A stretch of DNA of 64,000 bases from Alphaproteobacteria bacterium (GCA_965227515.1 CBDDFZ010000001.1:3392001-3456000), one strand, 5' to 3'. Shown: positions 52,708 through 62,831, counted from the stretch's first letter. Notes: a model not told the origin generated them from the letters alone. Numbers and translations: made by a program.

Positions 52708-53505
52708 TCATTCGAATACGCCGTGGAAGCGGCCCAGGAAAGCGGCAAGCCGCTCGGAACCGGGGTTGGCGAACAACTCCGCCGGCGGGCCGTCGGCCGC
52801 GATCCGCCCCTCGGCCATGAACACCACGCGGCTGGCCACCTCGCGCACGAACAGCATTTCGTGGCTGACGACCAGCATCGTCATGCCGCTGCGTGCCAGG
52901 TCCTGCATCACCGTCAGCACCTCTTGCACCAGCTCCGGGTCCAGGGCCGACGTCACCTCGTCGAACAGCACCAGCTTCGGCTCCATGGCGACCGCGCGGG
53001 CGATCGCGACGCGCTGCTGCTGACCGCCGGAGAGCTGGAACGGATAGTTGCGGCGCTTGTCGCCCAGGCCGACCCGCTCCAGCCAGCGTGCCGCAATCTC
53101 GCGCGCTTGCGGCACGGGCAGCTTGCGCACCTTGGTCAGGCCCAGCATCACGTTCTCTTCCGCCGTCATATGCGGGAAGAGGTTGAAGCTCTGGAACACC
53201 ATGCCGATCTTGGCCCGCTGCCGCGCGATCTCCCGCTCCGACAGGCGGGTGCGCCCGCCCCCGCGTGTCCGGTAGCCGATGCTCTCCCCATCGACATGGA
53301 TTTCGCCGGCCTCGAACGTCTCCAGCATGTTGATGCAGCGCAGGAGCGTGGTCTTGCCGGACCCGCTGGACCCGATCAGCGCCACCACTTCGCCCTGCCG
53401 CACATCGGTGGTGATGCCCTTCAGCACCTCCAGGTCGTCGAAGCGCTTGTGCAGGTCCTCGATGTGCAGCAATGCCTCGGGCTTTGCGGACGCGGTGTCG
53501 GCCAT
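52708..53505 (-). CDS. Polar amino acid ABC ATP-binding protein
   Basis: GSSGSGKT, FQSFNLFPH, LSGGQQQR, DEVTSALDPE. Confidence 0.94.
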   Translation of the reverse strand: MADTASAKPEALLHIEDLHKRFDDLEVLKGITTDVRQGEVVALIGSSGSGKTTLLRCINMLETFEAGEIHVDGESIGYRTRGGGRTRLSEREIARQRAKIGMVFQSFNLFPHMTAEENVMLGLTKVRKLPVPQAREIAARWLERVGLGDKRRNYPFQLSGGQQQRVAIARAVAMEPKLVLFDEVTSALDPELVQEVLTVMQDLARSGMTMLVVSHEMLFVREVASRVVFMAEGRIAADGPPAELFANPGSERLAAFLGRFHGVFE

Positions 53506-53512
53506 GGCGCTC

Positions 53513-54181
53513 TCAGTATTTGAGGTAGGCGAAACGGCGCTCCAACCGGGCACCGAGCCAGGAAACGGCGAAACAGATGATGAAATAGACCACCGCGGCG
53601 AACAGGTAGAACGGGATCGGCTTGTAGGTGCGGCCGATAATCTGCTGGGTCGACAGCAGGAGTTCGACCACGCCGATCACCGACAGCAGCGACGATGCCT
53701 TGATGATCTCGACCGCCGTGTTCACCCAGGGCGGCAGCATGCGGCGCGCGGCCTGGGGCAGGATCACGTACCAGGCGCGTTGCCAGAAATCGAGGCCGAT
53801 GGATTTCGACGCCTCGGTCTGGCCGACCGGGATCGACATGATCGCGCCGCGGGCCAATTCGGCGACGTGGGCGCCGCAGAACGCCGCCAACGCCAGCGCC
53901 CCGGCCTCGAACGCACCGATATCGGCGCCCAGCAGCGACAGCCCGTAGTAGCTGAAGAAGATCAGCACCAGCACCGGAATGCCGCGCATGATGTCGACAT
54001 AGGCGCGGACCGGGATGCGCACGGCGATGTTGCCGTATGCCAGCGCCAACCCGAACAGCATGCCGATGATGGTGCCGACCAGGATCGAGATCGCGGACAC
54101 CTCCACCGTGATCCACAGCCCCTCCAGCATGGAGTAGCGCGCCACCCAGAGCTGCTCCCAGAATGTCGGCTGGCCTTCCAC
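53513..54181 (-). CDS. Polar amino acid ABC permease
   Basis: RGIP, GQTEA..IGL, ILPQA. Confidence 0.92.
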   Translation of the reverse strand: MEGQPTFWEQLWVARYSMLEGLWITVEVSAISILVGTIIGMLFGLALAYGNIAVRIPVRAYVDIMRGIPVLVLIFFSYYGLSLLGADIGAFEAGALALAAFCGAHVAELARGAIMSIPVGQTEASKSIGLDFWQRAWYVILPQAARRMLPPWVNTAVEIIKASSLLSVIGVVELLLSTQQIIGRTYKPIPFYLFAAVVYFIICFAVSWLGARLERRFAYLKY

Positions 54182-54190
54182 GCGCGTCTC

Positions 54191-54856
54191 CTACCTGATG
54201 CTCGCGTAGCGCCGTTCGACCATACGCAGGCCGAAGGCGATGCTGTAGCAGACCGCCAGATAGAGGCCGCTGGCGACCATCCATGTTTCGATCACGCGGA
54301 ACGTTTCGACGTTGATCTGGCGGGCATAGAAGGTGAGTTCGGGCACCGCGATGGCGGCGGCGAGCGATGTGTCCTTGAACAGCGAGATGAAGTTGGACGA
54401 CAGCGCCGGCAGCGTGATGCGGAACATGACCGGCAGCACGACATAGCGTTGGCGCTGCAGCGGCATCAGGCCGATCGCCTTGCCGGCCTCGACATACTGG
54501 GTCGGGATTGACCCCAGCCCCGCCCTGAACACCTCGGTCAAATAGGCCCCGGCGTAGAGCGCCAGGGTCAGCATGAAGCTGTCGTACTTGTCGAAGATCA
54601 GGATGCCGAATTCCGGCAGGCCGAAGAAGACGAAGAAGATCAGCAACAGGATCGGCGTGTTCCGGATCACCTCCACATAGGTTGCCACCAGCCACCGCAG
54701 CGGCGGGATCTTCGACGTGCGGCCATAGGCACACAACAGGCCGATGATCGCGCCGACGAACAGCGAGATCACGGCCATCAACAGGCCGAGGCCCAGGCCC
54801 GACAGCAGATTGTCGAAATCCCGCCAGACGGGATCGAAGTTGAAGTCGTAGTCCAT
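54191..54856 (-). CDS. Polar amino acid ABC permease
   Basis: RNTP, EVFRAG, KDTSL. Confidence 0.92.
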   Translation of the reverse strand: MDYDFNFDPVWRDFDNLLSGLGLGLLMAVISLFVGAIIGLLCAYGRTSKIPPLRWLVATYVEVIRNTPILLLIFFVFFGLPEFGILIFDKYDSFMLTLALYAGAYLTEVFRAGLGSIPTQYVEAGKAIGLMPLQRQRYVVLPVMFRITLPALSSNFISLFKDTSLAAAIAVPELTFYARQINVETFRVIETWMVASGLYLAVCYSIAFGLRMVERRYASIR

Positions 54857-54885
54857 CCGGCGGGATGAAGACCTTTCGTCAAAAG

Positions 54886-54971
54886 TCTGCGCCGGCCCTC
54901 ACCCCCACCCGGCCGCCCAACAACAGTATGCTGACTGGGTGGCCGGACGGGGTGCGGGCCGGTGCCGACTT
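54886..54971 (-). repeat. Degenerate MITE core lacking its termini
   Basis: TCTGCGCCGGCCCTCACCCCCACCCGGCCGCCCA...TGGGTGGCCGG...GGGCCGGTGCCGACTT matches the reverse of the 128-bp element. Confidence 0.7.
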
Positions 54972-55033
54972 CGCGAGTGCGAAAGCGATCGGGGAAGCAA
55001 GCGGCCGGACGCTAACGCCCGGCCGCAATCGGA

Positions 55034-55948
55034 TCAGGAATACTCAACCGGGAAACCGGTGCTGGGCGGCGGCACATCGACGCCGAACCACGTCTTGAAC
55101 GATGCCTGATAGCTCAGGAAATCGACGCCGGTCATCGCCTCGTGCAGGATCGAATTGACGTAGTTGAGCCACACCTGGTCGCCGGGCTTGACGGCCGCGG
55201 CATAGGAGTTCGGCATCCAGCCATAGCCGCTGTCGACATACCGGCCCGGGAACTGCGCCATGATCCAGCCGATGGTCGACTGGTCGAGCGCGGCAGCGGT
55301 CGCACGGCGCGAGTTCATGGCCTGGATTTCAGCGTCGACGCTCTCGTACTGGTCGACCACCGCTTCCGGCAGCGCCAGGCGGATCCAGTCCTCGATGAAC
55401 ACGTTCTGAAGGGCGGAAATCGTGATGTCGGACCCGCCGGCCAGCAACTGGTCGTAGGTCTGAATCTCCTCGCCGGCCAGCATCATGAAGCCCACGCCCT
55501 CGCGATAGTAGGGAATGGTGAACTCCACCTGTTGGGCGCGGCCGGGCGTGATGGTCATGAACTGGAAGATCGCGTCCACCTTGTCGGTGACAAGGTTCGG
55601 AATACGCGCATCCGACGCCCCGATCACGAACTCGACCGCCTGGTCGTCGTCGAACAGGCCCTTGGCGAGCAGCCGGGCCATGTCGATATCCATGCCCTGC
55701 AGCTCTCCGGCCTCGTCCTCGAAATGCCAGGGCGGGTTGGTGCTGCCGGTGCCGACGATGACGTGGCCGCGGTCCAGCACGGTCGCCAGCCGGCTGCCGC
55801 CGTCCTGCGCCATCGCCTTCTTGGTGCCGGCCGTCATGGTCGCGGTTCCCGCGAGCGCCGCCGCACCGGCCACGCCGAGCGACGACAACGCCAGCATGTT
55901 GCGCCGGTTGACCGCGCCTTCGCCCGTTTCGTCGTTGTGGTCGCTCAT
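55034..55948 (-). CDS. Tat-exported polar amino acid binding protein
   Basis: NRRNML signal; PPW, GMDID, TITPGR, FTIPY. Confidence 0.9.
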   Translation of the reverse strand: MSDHNDETGEGAVNRRNMLALSSLGVAGAAALAGTATMTAGTKKAMAQDGGSRLATVLDRGHVIVGTGSTNPPWHFEDEAGELQGMDIDMARLLAKGLFDDDQAVEFVIGASDARIPNLVTDKVDAIFQFMTITPGRAQQVEFTIPYYREGVGFMMLAGEEIQTYDQLLAGGSDITISALQNVFIEDWIRLALPEAVVDQYESVDAEIQAMNSRRATAAALDQSTIGWIMAQFPGRYVDSGYGWMPNSYAAAVKPGDQVWLNYVNSILHEAMTGVDFLSYQASFKTWFGVDVPPPSTGFPVEYS

Positions 55949-56243
55949 CGTCCGTTCTCCCCATCAGGCGGTGCATGCCGCCCAATGCGGCAAATCGGCA
56001 CCAAGTGTTGAGACTGCGCGTGCGGCCGAGAACCGGCCGGTCGCAATACCGGTCGATTGTGCACCTGCACACACCTGGGGACAAGGCAAAGAAGTTTCGT
56101 CTGGGGCAAAATCGTTAAAATGTTGCGCCGAAAATCCGCCAAATACGACCGCATTTTGTGAACGCGGCGGATATGGAATTTTTGTTTCAAAGGGCTATAT
56201 TTGGAAGCACTACGCGTCCGAAACGAAAGAAGGAGTGGCCACC

Positions 56244-56411
56244 ATGAGCCAACTCGGGCATTTGGAGGATCTTCGCGCGCAGCATGCTCGGCTGCATACG
56301 CAGATCGAGGAAGAACTCGCGAGGGTCTCTCCGGATGAAGTACGAGTGCAGGAACTCAAGCGTGAGAAGCTCAAGATCAAGGACGAGATAGCGCGCCAAG
56401 CGCCGCATTAG
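56244..56411 (+). CDS. DUF465/YdcH family small coiled-coil protein
   Basis: H..L...I.EE...PD....ELKREKLKIKDEI; AAGGAG RBS. Confidence 0.88.
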   Translation: MSQLGHLEDLRAQHARLHTQIEEELARVSPDEVRVQELKREKLKIKDEIARQAPH

Positions 56412-56422
56412 CGAATTCGATC

Positions 56423-56452
56423 AAACCGGCCGGGACTTTCCCGGCCGGTTTT
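56423..56452 (+). terminator. Rho-independent terminator, possibly bidirectional
   Basis: AAACCGGCCGGGA-ctt-TCCCGGCCGGTTT-T. Confidence 0.8.
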
Positions 56453-56526
56453 GGTTTCAGGGCCCGGTTTTGGTTTTAGGGCCCGGTCTTGGTTTCAGGG
56501 CCCGATCTTGGTTTCAGGGTCCGGCG
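56451..56526. repeat. 19-bp tandem repeat, 4 copies
   Basis: TTGGTTTCAGGGCCCGGTT / TTGGTTTTAGGGCCCGGTC / TTGGTTTCAGGGCCCGATC / TTGGTTTCAGGGTCCGGCG. Confidence 0.9.
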
Positions 56527-56630
56527 CGACGGTACTGCTGACCGTCGTATTGCGGTGTGTGCCGCATTCCCGACTTGACCGGCCCGGGCGGATTGCACAG
56601 GTCTGGGCCGCTGTTTGGCAGGCTCCGGCA

Positions 56631-56758
56631 CTAGAGCATGATCATTTAAGCCGGCACCGGCCCTCTCCCCCACCCGGCCGCCCACGAGAGTATCCTGCTG
56701 GGTGGCCGGGTGGGGGAGAGGGCTGGCGCAGATTCAGCGTAAGCTGATCCTGATCTAG
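56631..56758 (+). mobile_element. MITE-like element, copy 3
   Basis: CTAGAGCATGATCA...TGATCCTGATCTAG, 128 bp, near-identical to copies 1 and 2. Confidence 0.8.
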
Positions 56759-56828
56759 CCGGAGCGCGTGTTCACGCACACGCGCTCCAGCGGTTGTCGG
56801 TTGCCCCTACTCCAACCTTGATGACCGC

Positions 56829-59800
56829 CTACTCCACTTTGATAACCATCGAACCGATCACCTGGTCCGACCGGCCCATCAGGTACTGTACCTCGTAGGC
56901 GCCCGTCTCCTCCGGCACCTGGATTTCCGCCGGCGAGCCGCTGCCGATACCGACCTGGGACAGGATCGCGCCTTCCGGATCGTCCGCCGCGACGATGACG
57001 ATTCGGTCGCCATTGTTGCCGGGCCCCTCGAAGTCGATCAGCACCCAATGGCCCGGACCGGCGGTCGCGGGTCCACTGAGGGTGGCGGTCGGCTGCACGA
57101 CAACCAGCGGCACCACGACCAAGGCACGGCGGTCCTGGCCCGTCAGGTAGCGTAGCTCGTAGTTGCCGGGCTCGTCGGGCGCGCGCAATTCCACCGGAGA
57201 GCCGTTGTCGGCCCGCCCATAGACCAGGTAGTCGGCCTGGCGCGACCCGACTTCGGCAATGGTGATGCGGTCGTTGCTGTTGCCGGGCCCCTCGAACACG
57301 ACATCGAACTCGGCGCCGGCGAACACCTCGCCCGGTTCCTCGATACTGGCGGTCGCCGCCGTCACCTCGATCGGCACCGCGACCAACGTCGCGCGCGCCT
57401 GCCCGGTCATATAGCGGATCTCGTAGCTGCCGGGCCGGTCCGGCGCGGTCAGCTCGGCCGGCACGCCGTTGCGGGTGTCGAAGTAGTCGCGGTACTGGCC
57501 GTCGTCGGCATCCGCTTCGACGATGACGATCCGGTCGCCCTGGTTGTTCGGGCCTTCCCAGACCACCTCGAAGTCCGCGCCGGCACCGATGGTCTCCGGG
57601 GCCTGCAGGCTGGCGCTGGCCGCGGTGACGGTGATCGGCACCGCCACCAGCGTGGCGCGGCTGCCGCCGGTCATGTAGCGAACCTCATAGTCGCCCGGCA
57701 CGTCAGGTGCGTTCAACTCGGCCGGGTTGCCATTGCGGGTGTCGAAATAGTCGCGGTACTGGCCGTCGTCGGCACCGGCCTCGACGATGATGATGCGGTC
57801 GCCCTGATTGTCCGGCCCTTCCCACACCACTTCGAACGCGCCACCGGCCCCGATGGTCTCCGGCGCCTGCAGGCTGGCACTGGCCGCGGTCACGGTGATC
57901 GGCACCGACGCCAGCGTGGCGCGGCTCTGACCGGTCATGTAGCGGACCTCGTAGTCGCCCGGCACGTCAGGTGCGTTCAACTCGGCGGGCGAGCCGTTGC
58001 GGGTGTCGAAATAGTCGCGGTACTGGCCCTCGTCCGCCCCGGCCTCGACGATGATGATCCGGTCGCCCTGGTTGTCCGGGCCTTCCCAGACCACGTCGAA
58101 CTCGGCACCGGCGCCAACCGTCTCGGGCGCTTGCAGGCTCGCCCCGGCGGCCACCACCGAAATCGGCACCGCGGCCAGCGTCGCCCGGCTCTGGCCGGTC
58201 ATGTAGCGGACCTCATAGTCGCCCGGCGCATCCGGCGCCCTCAACTCGGCCGGCGATCCGTCGCGCGCGTAGAAATAGTCGCGATACTGGCCTTCGTCGG
58301 CGCCCGCCTCGACGATGATGATGCGATCGTTGTTGTTGGCGGGGCCGGTCCAACTCACCTCGAACTCGGTGCCCGCACCAACGCTTTCCGGTGCCTCCAG
58401 CGCTACCGCGACCGACACCACCGAGACCGGGACGGACGCCAGAGTCAGCTGGTCCTGGCCGGTCATGTAGCGGACCTCGTAGTCGCCCGGCGCATCGGGC
58501 GCGGTCAGCTCGGCCGGCGACCCGTCGCGAGCGTAGAAGTAGTCGCGGTACTGGCCCTCGTCAGCGCCGGCCTCGACAATGATGATCCGGTCGTTGTTGT
58601 GGCCGGGACCCGTCCACGTGGCCTCGAAATCGCTGCCGGCCACCACTTCGGCCGGAGCCTCCAGCGCTGCCAGCGCTTCGGTCACGACGATATCCACAGC
58701 GGCGAGCGTCCGCTGGCCTTCGCCGGTCATGTAGCGAATTTCGTACGCACCCGGCACATCTGGCATGGTCAGCGTCGCCGGCGAGCCGTCACGCGCATAG
58801 AAGTAGTCGCGATACCGGCCCTCGTCGGCGCCGGCCTCGACCACGATGATGCGGTCATTGCGATTGCCTGGGCCGGTCCAATGAACCTCGACGTCGCTGC
58901 CGGCAACCGCCTGGTTCGGGGCTTCGAGGGTGGCGACGACGTCGACCACTTCGATCGCCTGAGACGCCAGCACGATGCTGGACTGGCCGCTGACATAGCG
59001 GACCTCGTAGGCGCCGGCGATCTCTGGCGCGGTCAGGTCCGCGGGGCTGCCGCCGGTCGTGTACTCGTAGTCACCGTACTCGGCCTCGGCCGCGCCCACG
59101 GGGACGATGGTGATGTAGTCGTTCGGCCCTTCCGGACCCTGCCACGCCACGTCGAACTGACTGCCGATCAGCACTGTCTCCGGCGCCGACACCGATGCCG
59201 GAACCTCCAGGATGGTGACTTGCAGGCTGGCCAGCGTTTCCTGGGTCGGCCCGTAGACGTAGCGCACCTCGTACGCACCGGGCACGTCGGGCGCGGTCAG
59301 GTCCAGCGGGCTACCGACGGTGGTGTACTCGTAGTTGCCGTAGTTACCCTCGGCCGCGCCGACCGGCACGATGGTGATGTAGTCGTTCTCGGCATCGGGC
59401 CCTTCCCAGGTCACGGCGAAGTCGCTGCTCATCGGGATCGCCGGGTCTTCGACGCTCAGCGACGCCGGCGCGATGTTGGCGTCCAGGGTCACGCGCTGGA
59501 TCGCGGCGACACCGGCCTCGACGCTGAATTCGATCTGGCCCTCAGCGCCCTCGGTCATGGCGATGGCGACGTACTGGCCCTCTTCCAGATAGAGCTCGGG
59601 CCGCGCGACGATCTCGCCGTCCAGCATTGCCTGCTCGTCGTCCAGCGCAACCACCGTCCATGTCACGCCGTTGTCGATCACCGCACCGCTGGCGCCGTCG
59701 ATCGCCTCGAACACGATCAGCGCGTCGTCCGGCGGCAATGGCGCCTGCTCGGTCACGTTCAACAGCGCGTCAGACAGTTCCTGTGCATTGCTCGCGGGCA

Positions 59801-60383
59801 CGAAAATGCCGCCGGTGTTCTCCGCGATGCAGGAGAGCTGCGCCTGGTCCTCCGGATCGGCGACGTCGAACCCGATGACGTGCGCGGTGAACTGCACGCC
59901 AGAGCGCTCCAGTTCGGTCGCCAGCGCGCAAGGATCGGCGTCGCAGGTCTCGATGCCGTCGCTCAGCAGCACGACTGTGGCCGGGTTATCTCGATAGCTC
60001 AGGGTCTCGGCCGCCAGGCGCACGGCCTCGGTCAGCGGCGTGCGGCCGCGCGGCACCAGGCTGTTGACCAGATCGGTGAAGTTTGGCGCATCGACCCGCC
60101 CAACCGGCATCACCAGCTCGATGTCGCCGCAATCGCCCTCGCGGCGATGGCCGTATGCCACCATGCCCAGACTGGTGGTCGCGTCCCAGTCAAGCAGCAG
60201 GTCGCCGATCACCTCTCGCGCGATCTCGATCTTGGAGACGCCGTCGATCTGGCCCCACATGCTGTTGGAAACGTCCAGCACGAGGATGACATCGTTGTCG
60301 GCCGCCTCGGACCGTTCGGTCACGGCGGACCCGGCCAACGCCATCAGGCCAACGACGAATATCCTGGACCAGATCGCACGCAT
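56829..60383 (-). CDS. Secreted vWA-domain protein with ten ~88-aa beta-sandwich-like repeats
   Basis: Signal peptide, MIDAS LDVSNSM, GRTPL, SDGIETC; repeats W.GP...D.I.IV...P..PG.YEVRY. Confidence 0.9.
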   Translation of the reverse strand: MRAIWSRIFVVGLMALAGSAVTERSEAADNDVILVLDVSNSMWGQIDGVSKIEIAREVIGDLLLDWDATTSLGMVAYGHRREGDCGDIELVMPVGRVDAPNFTDLVNSLVPRGRTPLTEAVRLAAETLSYRDNPATVVLLSDGIETCDADPCALATELERSGVQFTAHVIGFDVADPEDQAQLSCIAENTGGIFVPASNAQELSDALLNVTEQAPLPPDDALIVFEAIDGASGAVIDNGVTWTVVALDDEQAMLDGEIVARPELYLEEGQYVAIAMTEGAEGQIEFSVEAGVAAIQRVTLDANIAPASLSVEDPAIPMSSDFAVTWEGPDAENDYITIVPVGAAEGNYGNYEYTTVGSPLDLTAPDVPGAYEVRYVYGPTQETLASLQVTILEVPASVSAPETVLIGSQFDVAWQGPEGPNDYITIVPVGAAEAEYGDYEYTTGGSPADLTAPEIAGAYEVRYVSGQSSIVLASQAIEVVDVVATLEAPNQAVAGSDVEVHWTGPGNRNDRIIVVEAGADEGRYRDYFYARDGSPATLTMPDVPGAYEIRYMTGEGQRTLAAVDIVVTEALAALEAPAEVVAGSDFEATWTGPGHNNDRIIIVEAGADEGQYRDYFYARDGSPAELTAPDAPGDYEVRYMTGQDQLTLASVPVSVVSVAVALEAPESVGAGTEFEVSWTGPANNNDRIIIVEAGADEGQYRDYFYARDGSPAELRAPDAPGDYEVRYMTGQSRATLAAVPISVVAAGASLQAPETVGAGAEFDVVWEGPDNQGDRIIIVEAGADEGQYRDYFDTRNGSPAELNAPDVPGDYEVRYMTGQSRATLASVPITVTAASASLQAPETIGAGGAFEVVWEGPDNQGDRIIIVEAGADDGQYRDYFDTRNGNPAELNAPDVPGDYEVRYMTGGSRATLVAVPITVTAASASLQAPETIGAGADFEVVWEGPNNQGDRIVIVEADADDGQYRDYFDTRNGVPAELTAPDRPGSYEIRYMTGQARATLVAVPIEVTAATASIEEPGEVFAGAEFDVVFEGPGNSNDRITIAEVGSRQADYLVYGRADNGSPVELRAPDEPGNYELRYLTGQDRRALVVVPLVVVQPTATLSGPATAGPGHWVLIDFEGPGNNGDRIVIVAADDPEGAILSQVGIGSGSPAEIQVPEETGAYEVQYLMGRSDQVIGSMVIKVE

Positions 60384-60450
60384 CGGCTTTCCTTCCCCTT
60401 CTTGCCCCTGGGCGGGACATAACTGCTATCGAATCATCCTGGTCGACACT

Positions 60451-61152
60451 ATGCCATACGACCTGACGCGACGACCGGCACGCAGCGCCGCCCAACGTAC
60501 TTGTAACGTGTGGCGGGCCGCTGCGTTCCTGGCCATGGCATGGCTGGGCGCAACCGTAACCGGCTGCGGCTTCCACGTCCCCGATGGGGTCACCCGTCAT
60601 GTCGATAACGCCGCTTCTCCGTCAGGCTTTAAATACTGTTTTGGGCATGGATGTGGCGATAGCGCGATGATCGCCTTTTCGGCCGACCAGTGGGCCGATG
60701 TGCGGGCGTTGTTCGATCCCGAAACCATGGATGCCGAGACCGAACGGGCGCGGATCGCCGAGGCAGTGGCGCTGATGGAGACGATGGCCGGGGCCAAGGC
60801 CGGCACCTCGGGCGACGTTGGCGGCACCGGCGGCGGTCTTTTCCGCCACGGCCAGCTCGACTGCTATGACGAGGCGATCAACACCTCCAATTTCATTGCC
60901 ATGCTGTGGGGCGACGACCTGTTGCGCTTCCACCGCCCCAGCTCGCCGGCCCAGCACGGCATCATGTCGGGCTGGTGGTGGCCGCACGCCACCGCGGTGA
61001 TCGAACAGATCCCCGGCCCGTCGACCGGCCTCGCCAGCGCCACGCGCTATGCCGTGGACAGTTGGTTCCACGACAATGGCAGCAGGCCGGAGGTCGTGAC
61101 CCTGGCCGCTTGGCGGCAGGGCTGGAAGCCGACGGCGACCGCTTCGCGCTGA
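60451..61152 (+). CDS. Putative lipoprotein with a transglutaminase-like Cys-His-Asp pattern
   Basis: Lipobox-like VTGC; CFGHGC, GQLDCYDEAINT, HATAVI, YAVDSWF. Start uncertain. Confidence 0.7.
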   Translation: MPYDLTRRPARSAAQRTCNVWRAAAFLAMAWLGATVTGCGFHVPDGVTRHVDNAASPSGFKYCFGHGCGDSAMIAFSADQWADVRALFDPETMDAETERARIAEAVALMETMAGAKAGTSGDVGGTGGGLFRHGQLDCYDEAINTSNFIAMLWGDDLLRFHRPSSPAQHGIMSGWWWPHATAVIEQIPGPSTGLASATRYAVDSWFHDNGSRPEVVTLAAWRQGWKPTATASR

Positions 61153-61289
61153 ACAAGGCCGCCGAGGCCGCGCATGCCGCGCCGCTCCGCCGCCGGGCGA
61201 GAATGCGATGCAGCTGTCATTGCCTTTTGCTAGTTTGGCGGCAACGGCGAAACCCGCCGCCCATGGCCCTTGCTGAGGAGACCCCGACC

Positions 61290-62831
61290 ATGATGATCCG
61301 CACCCCGGTATCGAGAACGGCCCGCGCCACGATAGCCACCCTGACAGCCGCGCTGATGGCCGGAACGGCTTGGTCAGGGGCGGCCCTGGCGCAGGAGCCG
61401 ATCGAGGCGACGATCCGCATCGTTCATATCAGCGACATCGACCGCATGGAGGACGACGACGGTTCCGGCGGCATCGCCAAGGTAGTCGGCGCGATCAAGA
61501 TGGCCGAGGCCGAACACGGCGGCGACGTTCTGGTGACCCTGGGCGGCGATTTCCTGTCGCCGTCGCTGATGTCCGGGTTCGACCAGGGTGCCCACATGGT
61601 GGCGTTGCTCAACGAGGTCGGCGTCGACGTCGGCGTGCCCGGCAACCACGAGTTCGACTTCGGGCCGGACGTCGCGATGACCCGCCTGGGCGAGGCGAGC
61701 TTCCCCTTCGTCTCCACCAACATCGTCTACAACGGGGCGCCATTGACACAGGCGAATGAGATGGTCACCGTCGACGGCATCAACATCGGGTTTCTGGGGC
61801 TGACGACGCTGGATACGGCGGTCATCTCCAGCCCCGGCGAGGACATTGAGTTCCTGGACCCGATCGCGACCGCCGAGGAGGCAGCCGCCAGCCTGCGTGA
61901 AGAGGGCGCGCATCTGGTGATCGCGCTCAGCCACATGGACATGGACGATGATCTGGACGTGCTGCGCGCGGTGCGGGACGTCGACTTCGTGCTCAGCGGC
62001 CACAATCACGAACTGCAGGTCTGGTACAACGGCCAACAGGGCATGCTGGAAGCAGCCGCGCAGGGCGACTATGTCGGCATTCTGGACCTGACGGTGGCGG
62101 TCACCCCCGAGGAGGAAGGCGGTGTCGACATCGACTGGCGGCCGAACATCAATTTCGTGTCCACCATCGACGTCGCGCCCGATGAAGAGGCCGCCGGCTG
62201 GGTGCAGGCCTACACCGACCAGCTCGACGAGGCCCTGAATATCGACATCGGGATCACGCGGACCGAACTCGATTCGCAGCGCGGCTCGGTGCGGTCGCAG
62301 GAGACCGCGATCGGCAATCTGATCGCCGATGCCATGCGCGAGGCCGTGGGCGCCGACGTGGGCATCACCAACGGCGGCGGTATTCGCGGCGACCGCACCT
62401 ATGATGCCGACACCGTGCTGACCCGCCGCGACATTCTGAGCGAACTGCCGTTCGGGAACACGGTCGTGCTACTGGAAGTCAGTGGTGCCACGATCCGTGC
62501 CGCCCTGGAGAACGGCGTCAGCCGCATCGAGGATGGCGCAGGCCGGTTCCCGCAGGTTTCCGGCCTGACGTTCGCGTTCGACGCCGCCGCCGAGCCCGGC
62601 AGCCGCGTCGGCGACATCACCGTCGCAGGTGTCCCGCTGGACGAGGCCGCCACCTACACCCTGGCCACCAACGACTACATGGCGGGCGGCGGCGACGGCT
62701 ATGCCGCGTTCGGTGACGGCAATGTGATCATCAACGCGGTCAGCGGCCCGCTCATGGCAACCGCCGTGATCGACCACATTGCGGCAGCTGGCGAGGTGAG
62801 CCCGGCGATCGAAGGCAGGATCGTGCAGTAA
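61290..62831 (+). CDS. Periplasmic 5'-nucleotidase / UDP-sugar hydrolase family protein
   Basis: HISD, GGDFLSPS, GNHEFD, LSH, SGHNH, NGGGIR, PFGN, GGDGY. Confidence 0.92.
   Translation: MMIRTPVSRTARATIATLTAALMAGTAWSGAALAQEPIEATIRIVHISDIDRMEDDDGSGGIAKVVGAIKMAEAEHGGDVLVTLGGDFLSPSLMSGFDQGAHMVALLNEVGVDVGVPGNHEFDFGPDVAMTRLGEASFPFVSTNIVYNGAPLTQANEMVTVDGINIGFLGLTTLDTAVISSPGEDIEFLDPIATAEEAAASLREEGAHLVIALSHMDMDDDLDVLRAVRDVDFVLSGHNHELQVWYNGQQGMLEAAAQGDYVGILDLTVAVTPEEEGGVDIDWRPNINFVSTIDVAPDEEAAGWVQAYTDQLDEALNIDIGITRTELDSQRGSVRSQETAIGNLIADAMREAVGADVGITNGGGIRGDRTYDADTVLTRRDILSELPFGNTVVLLEVSGATIRAALENGVSRIEDGAGRFPQVSGLTFAFDAAAEPGSRVGDITVAGVPLDEAATYTLATNDYMAGGGDGYAAFGDGNVIINAVSGPLMATAVIDHIAAAGEVSPAIEGRIVQ

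Noticed and set aside
56451-56526. CRISPR array
   Set aside because: Units are head-to-tail with no spacers, and there are no cas genes.
56829-59465. Diversity-generating retroelement repeats
   Set aside because: No reverse transcriptase; the repeats are in-frame protein domains and differences are not adenine-specific.
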